Positions 51,991-64,000 of a stretch of 64,000 nt of DNA are shown here, one piece after another. Both the position numbers and the translations under genes were made by a program. Source of the stretch: Trichoplax adhaerens (lineage: Eukaryota; Animalia; Placozoa); the NCBI RefSeq assembly GCF_000150275.1, contig NW_002060948.1, positions 1,784,772-1,848,771 of the forward strand, given 5' to 3'. Under the pieces are notes generated by a model. The model made no database searches. It saw nothing but the letters and a program-made list of their open reading frames with translations, and was not told the origin of the DNA. Position 1 is the stretch's first letter. The number at the start of each line of letters is the position of its first letter.

Positions 51991-54872
51991 GATTTGTCCC
52001 TAGTAAGCGGGCAATAATCGCACGGACAAATATTTTGAAGCTGTGGATCGGAATGAAGATCATGCTAAGATATAGCCAAGAGTTTACCTGCCTATTTGCC
52101 AATATTATTATTTTTATTGGTCAAAAGAAATTCCTGTGGTGTTCATAAATATTTACATACCTAAATTTATTTATTAACATAAATATCCATATTATAATGA
52201 GATTCTAAAACTATCGTACCAGTGATAAATATTAGATTAGATCAATAGAAGGATCAAAATTATGTTATGATAGTTTCTATGTGACTGATTTGTTATGCTT
52301 AAGGTTAATAATTCTTGACGTATATTTTTTGTTACATTTTGTTTAAATGTAATTTTACTACCTTATCTCGACATCGATCAATAATTTTATGCGCGATATG
52401 TTATGAAAATCACTAAAAGAACTAAGAAGAACAACAATTTGTACAGAAAATGTCTTAAAGGGATTTTATTATCAAATGTTATATATGGGTATGCAATATT
52501 TTTGGTCTATGCGCATTCTGCCTGAGCAGTATGGAATTAGTTATTTCATATCATAAAAATGTTAATGTAACCATAAGAATTTGAATCTACCGCAAAATTA
52601 GAAAATTTAATTTGCTACTGCCTATAGTTATAATTATAATTAATTATGCAATTATATAGGGGAACTACTCTAATTATTCGATACATCATTACTTATTTAT
52701 TATTACAAAGAAAACTAATTTTGATTTATTTATGGCTTTGAAACAAATTAAAATCAATGGTAGTAACTGCTAATACTGTACTTGTTAGCGCAATTAATGA
52801 TCTACTGATCCGGTATTGGATACTTTCATGATTTACTATTATGCCGTGATAGTTTTCAGATATTCTAACTAACACTGCATCAAAATATAGATATACTATT
52901 AGAAGTGTGTAAATCTATAAGAACCCATCAAGATATGAAGCTGTTTAGTATATGTATTCTGCGTTCTTAAATTGCGCGCTTAAAATGGATAGCGACTAAA
53001 TTGCTATAGAAAGAGTTTTTCTGAACTTGGTTGAATTAATCTTATTTCCTGAACTAAAACTAGTAGAAATCCTTTAAGCTCATTGCCACTGTATTTAAAA
53101 ATTATTTGCAGTTCAGAATCTAATAATGGTAGAATGTGCTATGAGGAGAATATTGTAAGTCTATAATTTACCCTATTCGCTAGTTTTCAATCTATACAAA
53201 CTTTATTTAAGAAAGCAAAACAGAATGTGCAACATATAAATGCTTACCTCTGGAAGTATAAAAGTTTATGAGACTATAATATGAGCAGTATCTTTTAACT
53301 TACTCACGAATAATTACTACAAGTAATGATAATATAGCAAATATTAGAGGATATAACAAAATATTTCCAGAGGCGGTTGTCGCCGAAAATATCCTGGATA
53401 TTCATAATTTAAGGAAAGATAGAATAAATCCTATAATGTATTATTTTTATTATCTAGATATTCATGTTGGATTTGAAGAGTAAATTAAGTTAGCTATTTA
53501 TTTAAAGAAATCATGTTCATGAGGAAAAGGTGTTGCTCAATTAGATTAAAAACTCTGTAGCTAACCCATCTACTTAGGTTCAGTCAATGTAGTCGATCAT
53601 TGCAAATGCATTTGATTTTAGGGAAATAACTTACTGTATCATTTAAATAGGTGCCAAAGAAAGCGAAGGCTATTTCTTGATATGTGAATACTGTCTTGGT
53701 TTTGGGTCATAATATGACAGTAAGTGGGGATCTAGTTGATGATAAAGAAGTATACTATTTAGAAGATAAATCAAGAATCTCCAGGATGGATTGCCATATA
53801 ACTTGAAATTATACGTAAGGCAACAACCCATAAGACACCAATTCTTGAAATATCTACTTCTGACTAAAATTCACGATAGTGGATAATACTATAAACAATC
53901 GTAGAGATGCAAAGATTTAAAGATTAAATGGAATATTTCGGGCTATAACAGTTACTATAACTACCTTATATACTTGTGATATATCACATTGAAAAGTAGG
54001 ATGATGCAGTTGTATGAGACTTTATAGTTACATTGCCATCGATTTTTTTGCAGCTAAATATTCTAATCAGGTCGAAATTATCTCATTCGGAAATAATCCG
54101 ACTATTGATTTAAAGAAGATTACATGAATGCTACTTCTGTTGCTTGCTATGTTTGTATTATCTTAATTATGGATGCTACAAATGCTATTAAGAAGGAAGT
54201 AAAGGTTAGAATGACGAAGTGAAATATTTCCGGATATGATCGTGGCATAAACTGTCATTTAGACCTAGTTATGTGTGGTGTTGAAAATTAAAATGGATAG
54301 TGATTTAAATTCTATGCTATTCTATTTCTAAAGTTAAATACTTAAGAGAAAACAAAGAAACTATAAGATTAAATTTATTATAATCAGCCAATTTGTTTGA
54401 ATTAGAATCTTCAGTATCTTTAAATACTTTTATCAGGGAGATCTTAGTCTAATATCTTCAAGGAAAGCATTTGATAACTACTGGTACTATTTGTACTATT
54501 TATACTGCTATATTATTAAGTATTAATGATAGTATCAGAATAAAAAATGATCTAAAATTATTATTATTACAAGTTATACTAATATTTAAATTCAATAAAT
54601 TGCATATTATTAGAATAGTAGAAATAGACTGAATTTATCCAACTAGTAATTTTATTTATTCAATATATTTTGACGCCACTTTACGGTTGTTCCTTCTACG
54701 AGTATTATACGCTGTTGGTTAAAATAGGTGAAATCGTTCAGAAGTCATCATTACACCTAAAAGTTAATTATATTAAATATAATATATCCTTTATACTGTA
54801 CAAAAGTAAGCAAGCAGTTCTTCTATAATATAGGTTGTTTTGTAAACAGTTTGAATGCTTCAAAAAGTATTT

Positions 54873-55050
54873 ATTTTAACTGAAAGCTAAATAATATTAT
54901 TTCCTACTTGCTCAAATTAAGTATTATAAACCCTTCCATAATATATGCTGTCTAATGAATAGTTTAAATAATTCAAAAAATATTCACTTTAACTGAAAAA
55001 AATATAAGATATTGGTTCCTACTAGCTTGAGCTAAGCATTATAAACTCTC
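54873..55050. repeat. Degenerate tandem duplication, 2 x ~115 bp
   Basis: The block tttaactgaaa...atatt..ttcctact.gct....taag.attataaac.ct.c.ata occurs twice. Confidence 0.55.
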
Positions 55051-58000
55051 CTATATTACTGTGAAAACTGTTGGATGATTTACTTTAGACAATGCTATAA
55101 GCATTTATTCAACGACAAATTATAACTATGTTCGGATAAAATTATATTATTATCGTAATTTGAATAAAATAAATTATACCCATTAAATTAGGTTTCTAAG
55201 AGTTGCTGCATCTCTATGTGAAATTCTTTCATAGTTTAAAATCATTAAAACTGAATATATGCATTACTTATTGAACGTCAAGTATTAAAGATGGATAAAA
55301 TGGAGGACATTTATGTTGTTGGTAAAATTTCAGCCCATACACTTTGTTTAAAACTTATAAATTTTATTTTTTTAACCAGCTTTTGCTCCAAGAACTCTGA
55401 AAAAGTCGACTGTTGCCATGAATAATATAATATCTTCTAGACTAAGGTCTCTTTTCTGGGAACTCTACCGTACGTTTATGATCAAGATAGGAAGACTCCG
55501 AGCATTTTGGCGCCCTATTTTGTCGGAAGAATTTATTTATTATTCTTACATCGATGATTTATTGTTATGCTTAATATGGTTGTCACGTCACTAAAGTTAC
55601 TCAATGATCACACTAAATTGCTTAGCGATTTTACAAAATGCCTAATTTTTCATATAGACAGTAGCGTTATGGGAAGTAACTAATAGAAAAAATCGTTCAA
55701 ATTAGTTCCTAGTAGCCAAGCAAGATTAACATAAATAAATCCTATGGCAATTTTACAATAACATCTATCTTCGTTGTAGTCACGCTAATTGCATTATTCT
55801 TGCTCTAATTGTTTTTCAAATCATTGAATGAAGTTTCGTGCTAGGCTTTTAGGTAGCCGCCATAGTTATGACTACCTTCGTCTTTTCTCACCTTAGTGAC
55901 AAATTCTTTGGCTTAATGCATTCCTTGATTTATCATGTAAATCTAAATTACTTTCTTAAATATAATATATTACATTTATTTATTTGCTGATGAATTCATA
56001 CATTGACACAGCATTAGCATTATGGAATAATTTTATTTAATCTTATAAAAGTACCCCGTTCTTTGATGTGTATTGTTTCAAGTATTCATTTCAATCAATA
56101 AAGCTTGTTTAAATAGTTAGACCCTTTTTACTTAAAGGAATTTTGATTCCTGTTTTTCTTTGTAAATCGCCCAAATTTTATGATTATGTAGTATGTAGAT
56201 CTGGATGTAAGGTGAGTTATGACCTGGATAGAAATTAGTTGGTGTAATGGACTCGTATGCATATTATAACTCATGAATTTCTTCTTAGGTCGAAACAAGT
56301 TGCAGAGGTAAAATACTCTCTAGACTTTGAATAAATGCAAATCTACCTTACATTTAGTAGTATCTCAAATTCCCAGAGTAAAGATTTTAGAGCTACTTGT
56401 ATGCAGATATCCTATCTAAACATGCAGAATCGATTAGTTAGATTGAAATAAATTTCTTTGAATAAATTTAAATAAGTTTAAAATTCGATCTATTTTACGT
56501 TTAAGAATGGTCTGGATGATTAGGAGGATCAAGACGTTATTCATACGAAAGTTAGCACTATAAATGTAAAGAATCATAGCCTCGATTACGATTAGTTTAC
56601 TGCTATATTCGTATTATATGTATACCTTAGCTATATGAGCACTAAATAAACATATGTCCGATACCTTTAATGATTGCAATTTGGATTCACATTTTAAGAA
56701 TACTTTAAATATCTCGGGTCAAAGGCTTGTTTTTGTCTGTTTACGTATATTAGGCATACCAAACGTAAATATGCGCATAAAAAATAGATGATTTAGGTCA
56801 TATTTTAGGTTACTTTGTACAGTAAGTAGTCATGATAGCTGATTTTTTCTACCCCCTACGTGGTAATCTACTGGTTAAGATTTTATGCATATATTTTAAT
56901 ACCAAGAATAAAGATTGATAAATGGATAAACTTTATTAATTCGAGCTGTTCAATGCCTAAACAAGGCCATCAAAATTATCAATTCTCATCAATAAAATTA
57001 AATCATAAAGATAACTCGTGTACCTATTTCCTACTGATTTAGTTCGCTTAGTTGCATGTCAGAATTTAAGCCACCGTTCTCCTGATTGGATAATTTCAAC
57101 AAGGTCTTTACAAAGTTACTTGGCAATGAAAATTGCAGCCTTTTAATTGCTACATAACAAATAAGCTGGGCTAAATTATCATTTAAATTAAATCCAAATT
57201 TTTATAATTACAGCATAATTCTTATCTTAAAGTATATCAAACGATATTGGTCTTATAAGCTTGATTTTTTGTGCGATTTTTAAATATAGAAATGACTAAT
57301 AATAGACTATTTACGTACAATTTTAGAGAATAAGATGCAGAATTCCTCTTTTTTTCGTTAACTCAAAATAAAGTAATTTTATATAGAAAATAGAAAACAG
57401 CGGAATTTATATCTACTTGTATGATACAAATATTTTTAACGCGGGTAAAAGTCTATCTAGTCTTACTAATATAATACCCAACTATTGGTTTTCGTCAAAA
57501 AGTTTTAATCAGCTAGGGATCTCTTTTCCATATCATTTTAATAGTGACGATTATTAATCTAGATATTCAAGAAGATTAAAAGAGCTTTCAATTGACATTA
57601 TTTCCATTTAAACAAAGTTTCCCATCTATTTTATCTAATAGCGCTGTAAACTATTTACATTATTGTCAAATGGTGTCGTAATATTCCTATCTTTAAATTT
57701 ATCGACATTTCAAGGCTAAATGGTCGTGAAAAATTGTAAGACATTTGCTATAACTTGGTTTATGAATCGACTACCGTACTCATTTTCTTAGCAAGTATGT
57801 TGACAGGCTAAATTTTATTATTCTAGTATTCGATATTAAAATCGAAAATCCATAATGGATCGTTGACTTTCGTTAATAACATAATTTAGCGATGGTAGTA
57901 CATCTATAATAGCATGTCATAATTTTATACAACACTCATAATAAATGTAAAGATAAGAAATACACAAGTAAATCCATGGAAAAATTAGAAAGTAGAAATC

Positions 58001-61000
58001 CTAATATCCATGGTTCACGTTATTTCAACATTACAAATAAGGAATTTTTTTAATATTTGTAAGAGGACTGATACAACATCCGAGTACTATATTCACGAAA
58101 AATTAGAATATGGACCAAAATTAGCAATTATTTGATGCTTAGTTCTACGATATTCTAAGAGAGTAATCATCAATCAAATTTTATTTATATAATGAGCAGG
58201 TGCGAATTTCCGTCTTCATTGATAAAGTGATAGTCTAAACTGTTTCCTTTATTGATAGTTGAGTGATAATCAGCTAGAAATGCCTAAAAAATACAAAAAT
58301 AAGCGGAAAACATAGCAGTACTTTCTAATATCGCTACAAATGACTAAAATATTTCTTGTCTTCGATTAAGACATTTCAGATTACAATTTTTAAGACATAA
58401 TATGCAATAGATTCCTTCCATTATTATTTAATTGTATAGTGAAAGTAATAAAGGACAGTATTGGCTATAAAAATTACATTGCAAACACTTATAGTATTGG
58501 CTAATATGATCTTCGATTTGATGCTGTACAACTTTGAATAGCAATGATAATTAGAAAGTTATTATGAATTAATGAATTAACCGAATATTCTGCTGCAAGT
58601 GTACGAATGAACCTATTTCTTCTTGAAGGTAGTCAATTAAAGCATTTCTAAGTTACCACTACAGTATTTGACTATCAATTGAGAAAGTTGCAAAAGAAAT
58701 AAATTGAAGAATAGAGTTCAATCTATTCTAGCTTTTTGCTTTGCAAGTCAGTTCTTAACTACCACAGCAAATTACAGTAAAGAATTCTTGCTCAAATAGT
58801 GCAAAATTCAATCTTACATATGGCTAGCCAGTCTAAATCTAGAAAATTGGCCTATTTTCCACTGTAAGTTACAATCAATTAAAATTCTCTTTTAGGTAGT
58901 GTAGTGATGTTCCTATATTTAATTATACGGATAGCTATATTTGATATAGTTAGGCTACTTTGAGTAGATATTATCGTGAAGCTAATATTCGATGATTACT
59001 AATTACTATATTCGAAATAATTGATGACTAATAGTAGCCAGTTGACTAATTATGGTACAAGATTTATGCAGCTAGAAATACTGTAGTTGTTAAAATGCTC
59101 TTCGGAGAATAGAGCTAGAAGTTAATATAAGAGTAGTGAAATCTTAAGTAGAATGATTTATATTGTAGAAGATAATAATGTACTATTTGAGAAAAGTATT
59201 TTGTTTGATGACTCATGTCTGATGTCTGATTGTAGATTAATCAAGTTGTCGTAAATGAATGTAAGGAAACGTTTATAAGAACTGCAGAGATGATCTCAGG
59301 AGAGAGAAGAGGCTTGTATTCGCTTTGAGCTCGGAATATTTTAGGCTAAATTCTTGTAGTAATTAGTTATTGCTCTACTATTCATAAAACCTTGTAATAA
59401 AAGCCTTTTAGAAAATATCATTTGATGAAGAGTTATTGTAAGACACATTTTTTACAAGTAGAAACTGATTTTACTTTATCCAGCTAGCCATGTCTTACAA
59501 GTCAGTCAAACGTTCGATCTCAAATTGCAAGCAATCATTATCGAGCACTGGCTCAAACTAATTAAATAAATAACATCAAATTCGAGATATTTACTTAAAG
59601 AAGAGAATGATTGTAGTTATTTCAGTCATTTATATCTTACAAACTGGCTCTATCTTGCTGTGAGTTCAATTGCAGCCGTAATAGTTATTTTGGTAAATAC
59701 TGTTCAATTTCAGCAGCAAATTGTGGTTAATTATATTTACTAACGCGTAAGTATAGGTAACTGAATCCATTCTAAGACTAGCCATTTATGTATGTTTCAT
59801 ACTAGCTCGATTTTTCTACAGTTAATTACTATATTTATCTGTCTTATTTTTATTAGAGTAAGATATGTTATATTATATTTGTTCTCTTATACCTGATCGA
59901 TAATTTTCATTAATTGAACCTGAGTTGAGACGGTTAGTACAAAAATTGCAAGAGAATAATTATCCTCAAATTTTTATTTTAATCTTCATCTGTATAGTTC
60001 CTTACATAGCGCTTTTGTAATTCAGATTGTAAATCTATTTTAAATAAATTTTTTCTAACTGATACTCGATCAGAAATAATTGTCCAAGATAGTTGATGGA
60101 ATAACTGATCTGATAATGATGATGATCTATGCTATTGTTATTGCTGTTTACTTACTCGTTGTTGTGATCTTAGTTTTGTAATCAAGAACGGTTTAGAATA
60201 TAAATGATGCGTAAAGGATGTATCAGTCTTGTCAGTACGCAAGTGCCATCACGAATATATGTATTTAAATAGTATATATTCGATTTTCAGCATTCAGTTG
60301 TTTCCTCAGAGCTCGTGATCAAGCGTGTGCGATTAGTAAGTTTAAATTTCTCCTCAGAGATTGTAAGTCCTGCATCGCCAGGCAATAATTTAGGATTCGT
60401 GTGCATTGCATTATTTTTAGCTCGCGGTTACAGTTTATAAAGAATCCTAGATTACGCTCGCAAATATATTAATACCTATATTCTATATGTTGGATATTTG
60501 TTTGTTTCCTGATTTACAGTCTTGATAGTCGTATGATCTACTATCAGTAAGTATCATACTGAAAAATTAAAAATATTGATCGATGATTTTGTCAATATAT
60601 TTACATCTGCATTGTTAAAAATATCAATATTTCGTTCATTCCATGACTAATAGGCAATGTTACCGATCATCAGGCTTACGATTACGATTGGAATCATCTT
60701 GATAAGTAAATTATCTATCGTTGATGATAATTCCACATTTATCTTACTTAGTTAATCTATGAGACATCTTAATTTCCCTTGTCAATAAATTTGGAAGGAA
60801 AGCATCTTGACGTCGAAAGTACCGCCATAAGATGATATCGATAGTCTTATATCAACCTTGTAAATTTTAAGAATTTTATTTTTGATCTTCATCGATTAGC
60901 TATTCTGATAGTGCAGATATCAATATCATAGTTTGATGTTTTGATGAATTCAATAATCTTGTAAATAATGTATAAATAAAATTAAAAATACTCTCGTTTG

Positions 61001-62792
61001 TTAGATTTCAAATTGTATTGATTGATTACGAAGTGGTAACCGGTTTATTATTTGTCATCGGCACAACATTTAAAATCTACTGAAATAAAGATGACAACAG
61101 AATTTTATTGTTGTTAGCCAGAATTCATCAATAAAAACAAGTGAATAATTAAATTACCAAAATGGATTATAGAATATTTTATACTATTTTTTTCGGATAT
61201 ACTAATCAACTATAGACTACTTATCGATTTATATCGTCACGATCATGAATAGCAATAGAAGTAGAGATCAAAATCTGATCTTAAGAAATTTTCTAAACCT
61301 TTTTCACACCAAGCTATAAAAGATAACAAAAATGTATTGCGTCCTCATGTTTATATCGCCCAGTTTCAATATTATATCTATTTTTCATCCATGAACTTTT
61401 TGTCAATTTAGCAATTACTCTCTCCTCACTATAATTACGTAGATTGTCTACAGCTGTTTCGTAAGAATTAATTAGATAAACTGGATTAAACTAGTTACAT
61501 ATCTTAGCTACATAATTGTAATTATCGCTAAAGGCTTTGTACTACAAACCTGCAATACTGTACAGGAGATGCTTTATGATTTTTGTGCTTGTTTATTTAC
61601 GATATTTTCAGAGAAGTGTGCAGCACTACAATCGGATATCGTGTTGCGGTACAGTCCCAAATATAGCTAAGATTAAGATTGTACGACTGTACAAGAATTG
61701 CTTACCTTTATACCTTAGATTGTGCAAGAATATGTAATTGTATTTGTGAGAGATAATTGCAGTACGTTTTGCAACAATTCTATTTTTATTTATTTAAAGA
61801 TTGGGAGGAATAAAGAGATTGCAGTAAGTATCGTGAGTGCTTTGAGATGTTTATTATAACGCTTTAACTTGTGATTAAGCATAGAATATTGGAGCCTAGT
61901 GGAACTGATTCTTTTCATTGTATATTTTTGTTTAACTTATAGTATTATGACTTGAAGCTGTCTTTCTTTATAGATCCACATATCCTATTTTTATAAGATT
62001 ATTAACCTAGAAGAAGGCATCTTATGTATTCAAATCATTGGATCTCGACGAAAGATACCGATAGCTAGTCGATCGAAGGCAGAAAAGAAAAAGTTATTAC
62101 GCTATTGCAGTCTGATAAGCATCTCTAAAAACTTTTATTGCAATACTAGTTTTTAAAATAATTAGATTATCTAAAAGTATTTTACTGCATTACTTTACAG
62201 CTCTGAAGCAATTTCTGAACAGCGATAAACCAGTTGATAGCCCATACATCTTTAATTGATTAACTATCATAAATCTAACGCTATTTACTTCTCTATTTTG
62301 CAGTCATATTTAAGTTAGCCGAAGGATATAGAAGTATGTTAGAAATGAATAAAAATAGACAGCAAACTAAATAACTAGTCTTAATGGTGCGAGGAATGGG
62401 AATGAAATTTTGCACCTCATTGCCATCATAGTAATCACTCTTTATATAATTTACAATTTAAAACTATACCATGAAAATTTAATTTTACGTCCGTCTAAGT
62501 TACTGTATAAGATGTTAAGAAGGCAATAAAGTATCAGAATCAGTTAAAGTAATTCCCTATGATGTAAGAATTAGCTCTATGATATATTTGACACGTTGCG
62601 ATATCAGTTTAGGAAAGAGGGTTTGCTAAAATCAACAAATCTCTTTTACGTAGTATATCAAAATATAAATTTTCCCAGACTGAAGCCATTATTCCTGCAA
62701 TTAATTAAATTTCAATTGAAATTGATTATTGTACTAGTCATAATATTCATATTTTACGAAATGGAAGAATGTGCAACTTTTATTTTCTTTCT

Positions 62793-64000
62793 TTACTCAT
62801 CGCTACCGTCATCACCAGGTGAATTCTTCTCTTGATAATTTTCAGCTCCAACTTGATTTTGTTTACGCCCATAAATTGCATGGAAGATATCATCATAATT
62901 GCCACTACTACTGCTAGCAACAGAACTAGAATCTGAATGATGATCTTCATCACTCTCATCCTTGTGATCAGCTTGCTTGTTTGATTCAGTTTGAGCTGAA
63001 GGAATATCCTTAGATGTTGTGTCAGCTTCTTCTACTGGTTGCTTCTTGGCAGAAAGCGGACTATCCTTAATTTGATTCTGTTTTACATCATTATCCTCTC
63101 TCTTATCATTGACGTTTGCAGATTCAGGTCCAATATCGAATGCTTGATTAACATATGCAGTAGAAAATAGATCTTCAGTATCATTCTCAATCGGATCATT
63201 TTCAAATGGACCTGGTCCACTACCAAAAGGCGAATGATCTTCGCCGGTAGTTGGAGGTTTATCACAGGATTGGAGGGGTGCATCATAATCACTTACTGTT
63301 GTCTCGAGATTATGAGTCGCATTTTGTGTTGATTTTACTTCAACTTCAAGTCCAGGATTATCAAAACCGCCTGCACCACTGTTGGTAGTTTTATGATCTA
63401 ATTTATCATAATCCACTAATTGTGTTGATTCAGCTTCAACTTCAAGTCCAAGATTATCAAAACCAACTGCGTCACTACTTGTATTTTTATCATCTAATTT
63501 ATCATAATCTACTAATGGTCCGCATGGACTATCGCCTTGCGTATCCTCTGAGCTAGTACCATAGACAACATTGAGGACATCATTTAAATTACCACTACTA
63601 CCGCTAACCAAGGAGCCTGCATCATCTTTGTTATGGTTAGTAAGTTTAGCATCCTGATTATCAATAAAGGTAGTTTCCGCTTCAAGAGTAGTATCGGAAA
63701 ACGCTTGAGGTTTTACCATCGAATCGTTCTCTTGATTAGATGATTGTTCAGTAACAGTATCATTTAAAGTATCGTCTGACTTATAGTTAAAATCTAATTT
63801 CATGTAATTGCCTGAATCGCGTCGGATAAATTTTCGCTTGCTAATTGGAGTTTCATCACGCTCTTGGTGGGATAAGTTTAAGATACGAGGTTCCGATCGA
63901 TTGGTTAATGCATTGCTAGTCGATCCAGATGATAGTAAGGTCGTACTGTTATCATTTCTAAATGGTCGATCATAATCACTGCTACTACCATTCAAGCCTC
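62793..64000 (-). CDS. 3' portion (large exon) of an unidentified acidic, low-complexity protein rich in tyrosine motifs; runs off the right edge
   Basis: A 400-codon uninterrupted ORF in AT-rich DNA, D/S/N/E-rich, with motifs DYDRP, NYMKL, DYDKL x2, GFDNPGL, DYDAP, YVNQAF and NYDDI. The TAA at 62793 overlaps a possible donor (GA|gtaaag), so the 3' end is uncertain. Confidence 0.75.
   Translation of the reverse strand, partial: GLNGSSSDYDRPFRNDNSTTLLSSGSTSNALTNRSEPRILNLSHQERDETPISKRKFIRRDSGNYMKLDFNYKSDDTLNDTVTEQSSNQENDSMVKPQAFSDTTLEAETTFIDNQDAKLTNHNKDDAGSLVSGSSGNLNDVLNVVYGTSSEDTQGDSPCGPLVDYDKLDDKNTSSDAVGFDNLGLEVEAESTQLVDYDKLDHKTTNSGAGGFDNPGLEVEVKSTQNATHNLETTVSDYDAPLQSCDKPPTTGEDHSPFGSGPGPFENDPIENDTEDLFSTAYVNQAFDIGPESANVNDKREDNDVKQNQIKDSPLSAKKQPVEEADTTSKDIPSAQTESNKQADHKDESDEDHHSDSSSVASSSSGNYDDIFHAIYGRKQNQVGAENYQEKNSPGDDGSDE
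63324..63515 (-). repeat. In-frame 96-bp (32-aa) tandem duplication
   Basis: LVDYDKLDDKNTSSDAVGFDNLGLEVEAESTQ is followed by LVDYDKLDHKTTNSGAGGFDNPGLEVEVKSTQ. Confidence 0.92.

Noticed and set aside
1-64000. tRNA, rRNA, snoRNA genes or autonomous transposons
   Set aside because: None recognisable by eye; tRNAscan-SE, Infernal and RepeatModeler would be needed to exclude them.

Overview
Intron-rich, AT-rich animal genomic DNA with compact genes and many introns of ~70-120 nt. The style suggests a placozoan or other early-branching metazoan (inference). The ORF track misses most genes because they are spliced. Read by hand, the window holds: a possible 5' end of a minus-strand gene at the left edge; AVEN (+); C6orf120/UPF0669 (-); a C2H2 zinc-finger gene with an unassigned helical N-terminal domain (-); the N-recognin E3 ligase UBR1/2 (+); NUDT14 (+); a ~17.7 kb Delta/Jagged-related single-pass membrane gene (-); a ~10.8 kb gene-empty stretch; and the 3' part of an acidic, tyrosine-motif-rich ORF at the right edge (-). 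The main finding is the Notch-ligand-like gene. It has a signal peptide and an MNNL/C2 domain but no intact DSL domain or EGF1-2, followed by about 48 EGF repeats (manual count) and a tail with tyrosine and NPxF motifs. It sits beside NUDT14, which recalls the human JAG2-NUDT14 pair. A second finding is that dense GTAC-based motif clusters mark the promoters of the housekeeping-type genes but not the ligand-like gene. All exon structures are manual reconstructions; no database search was run.
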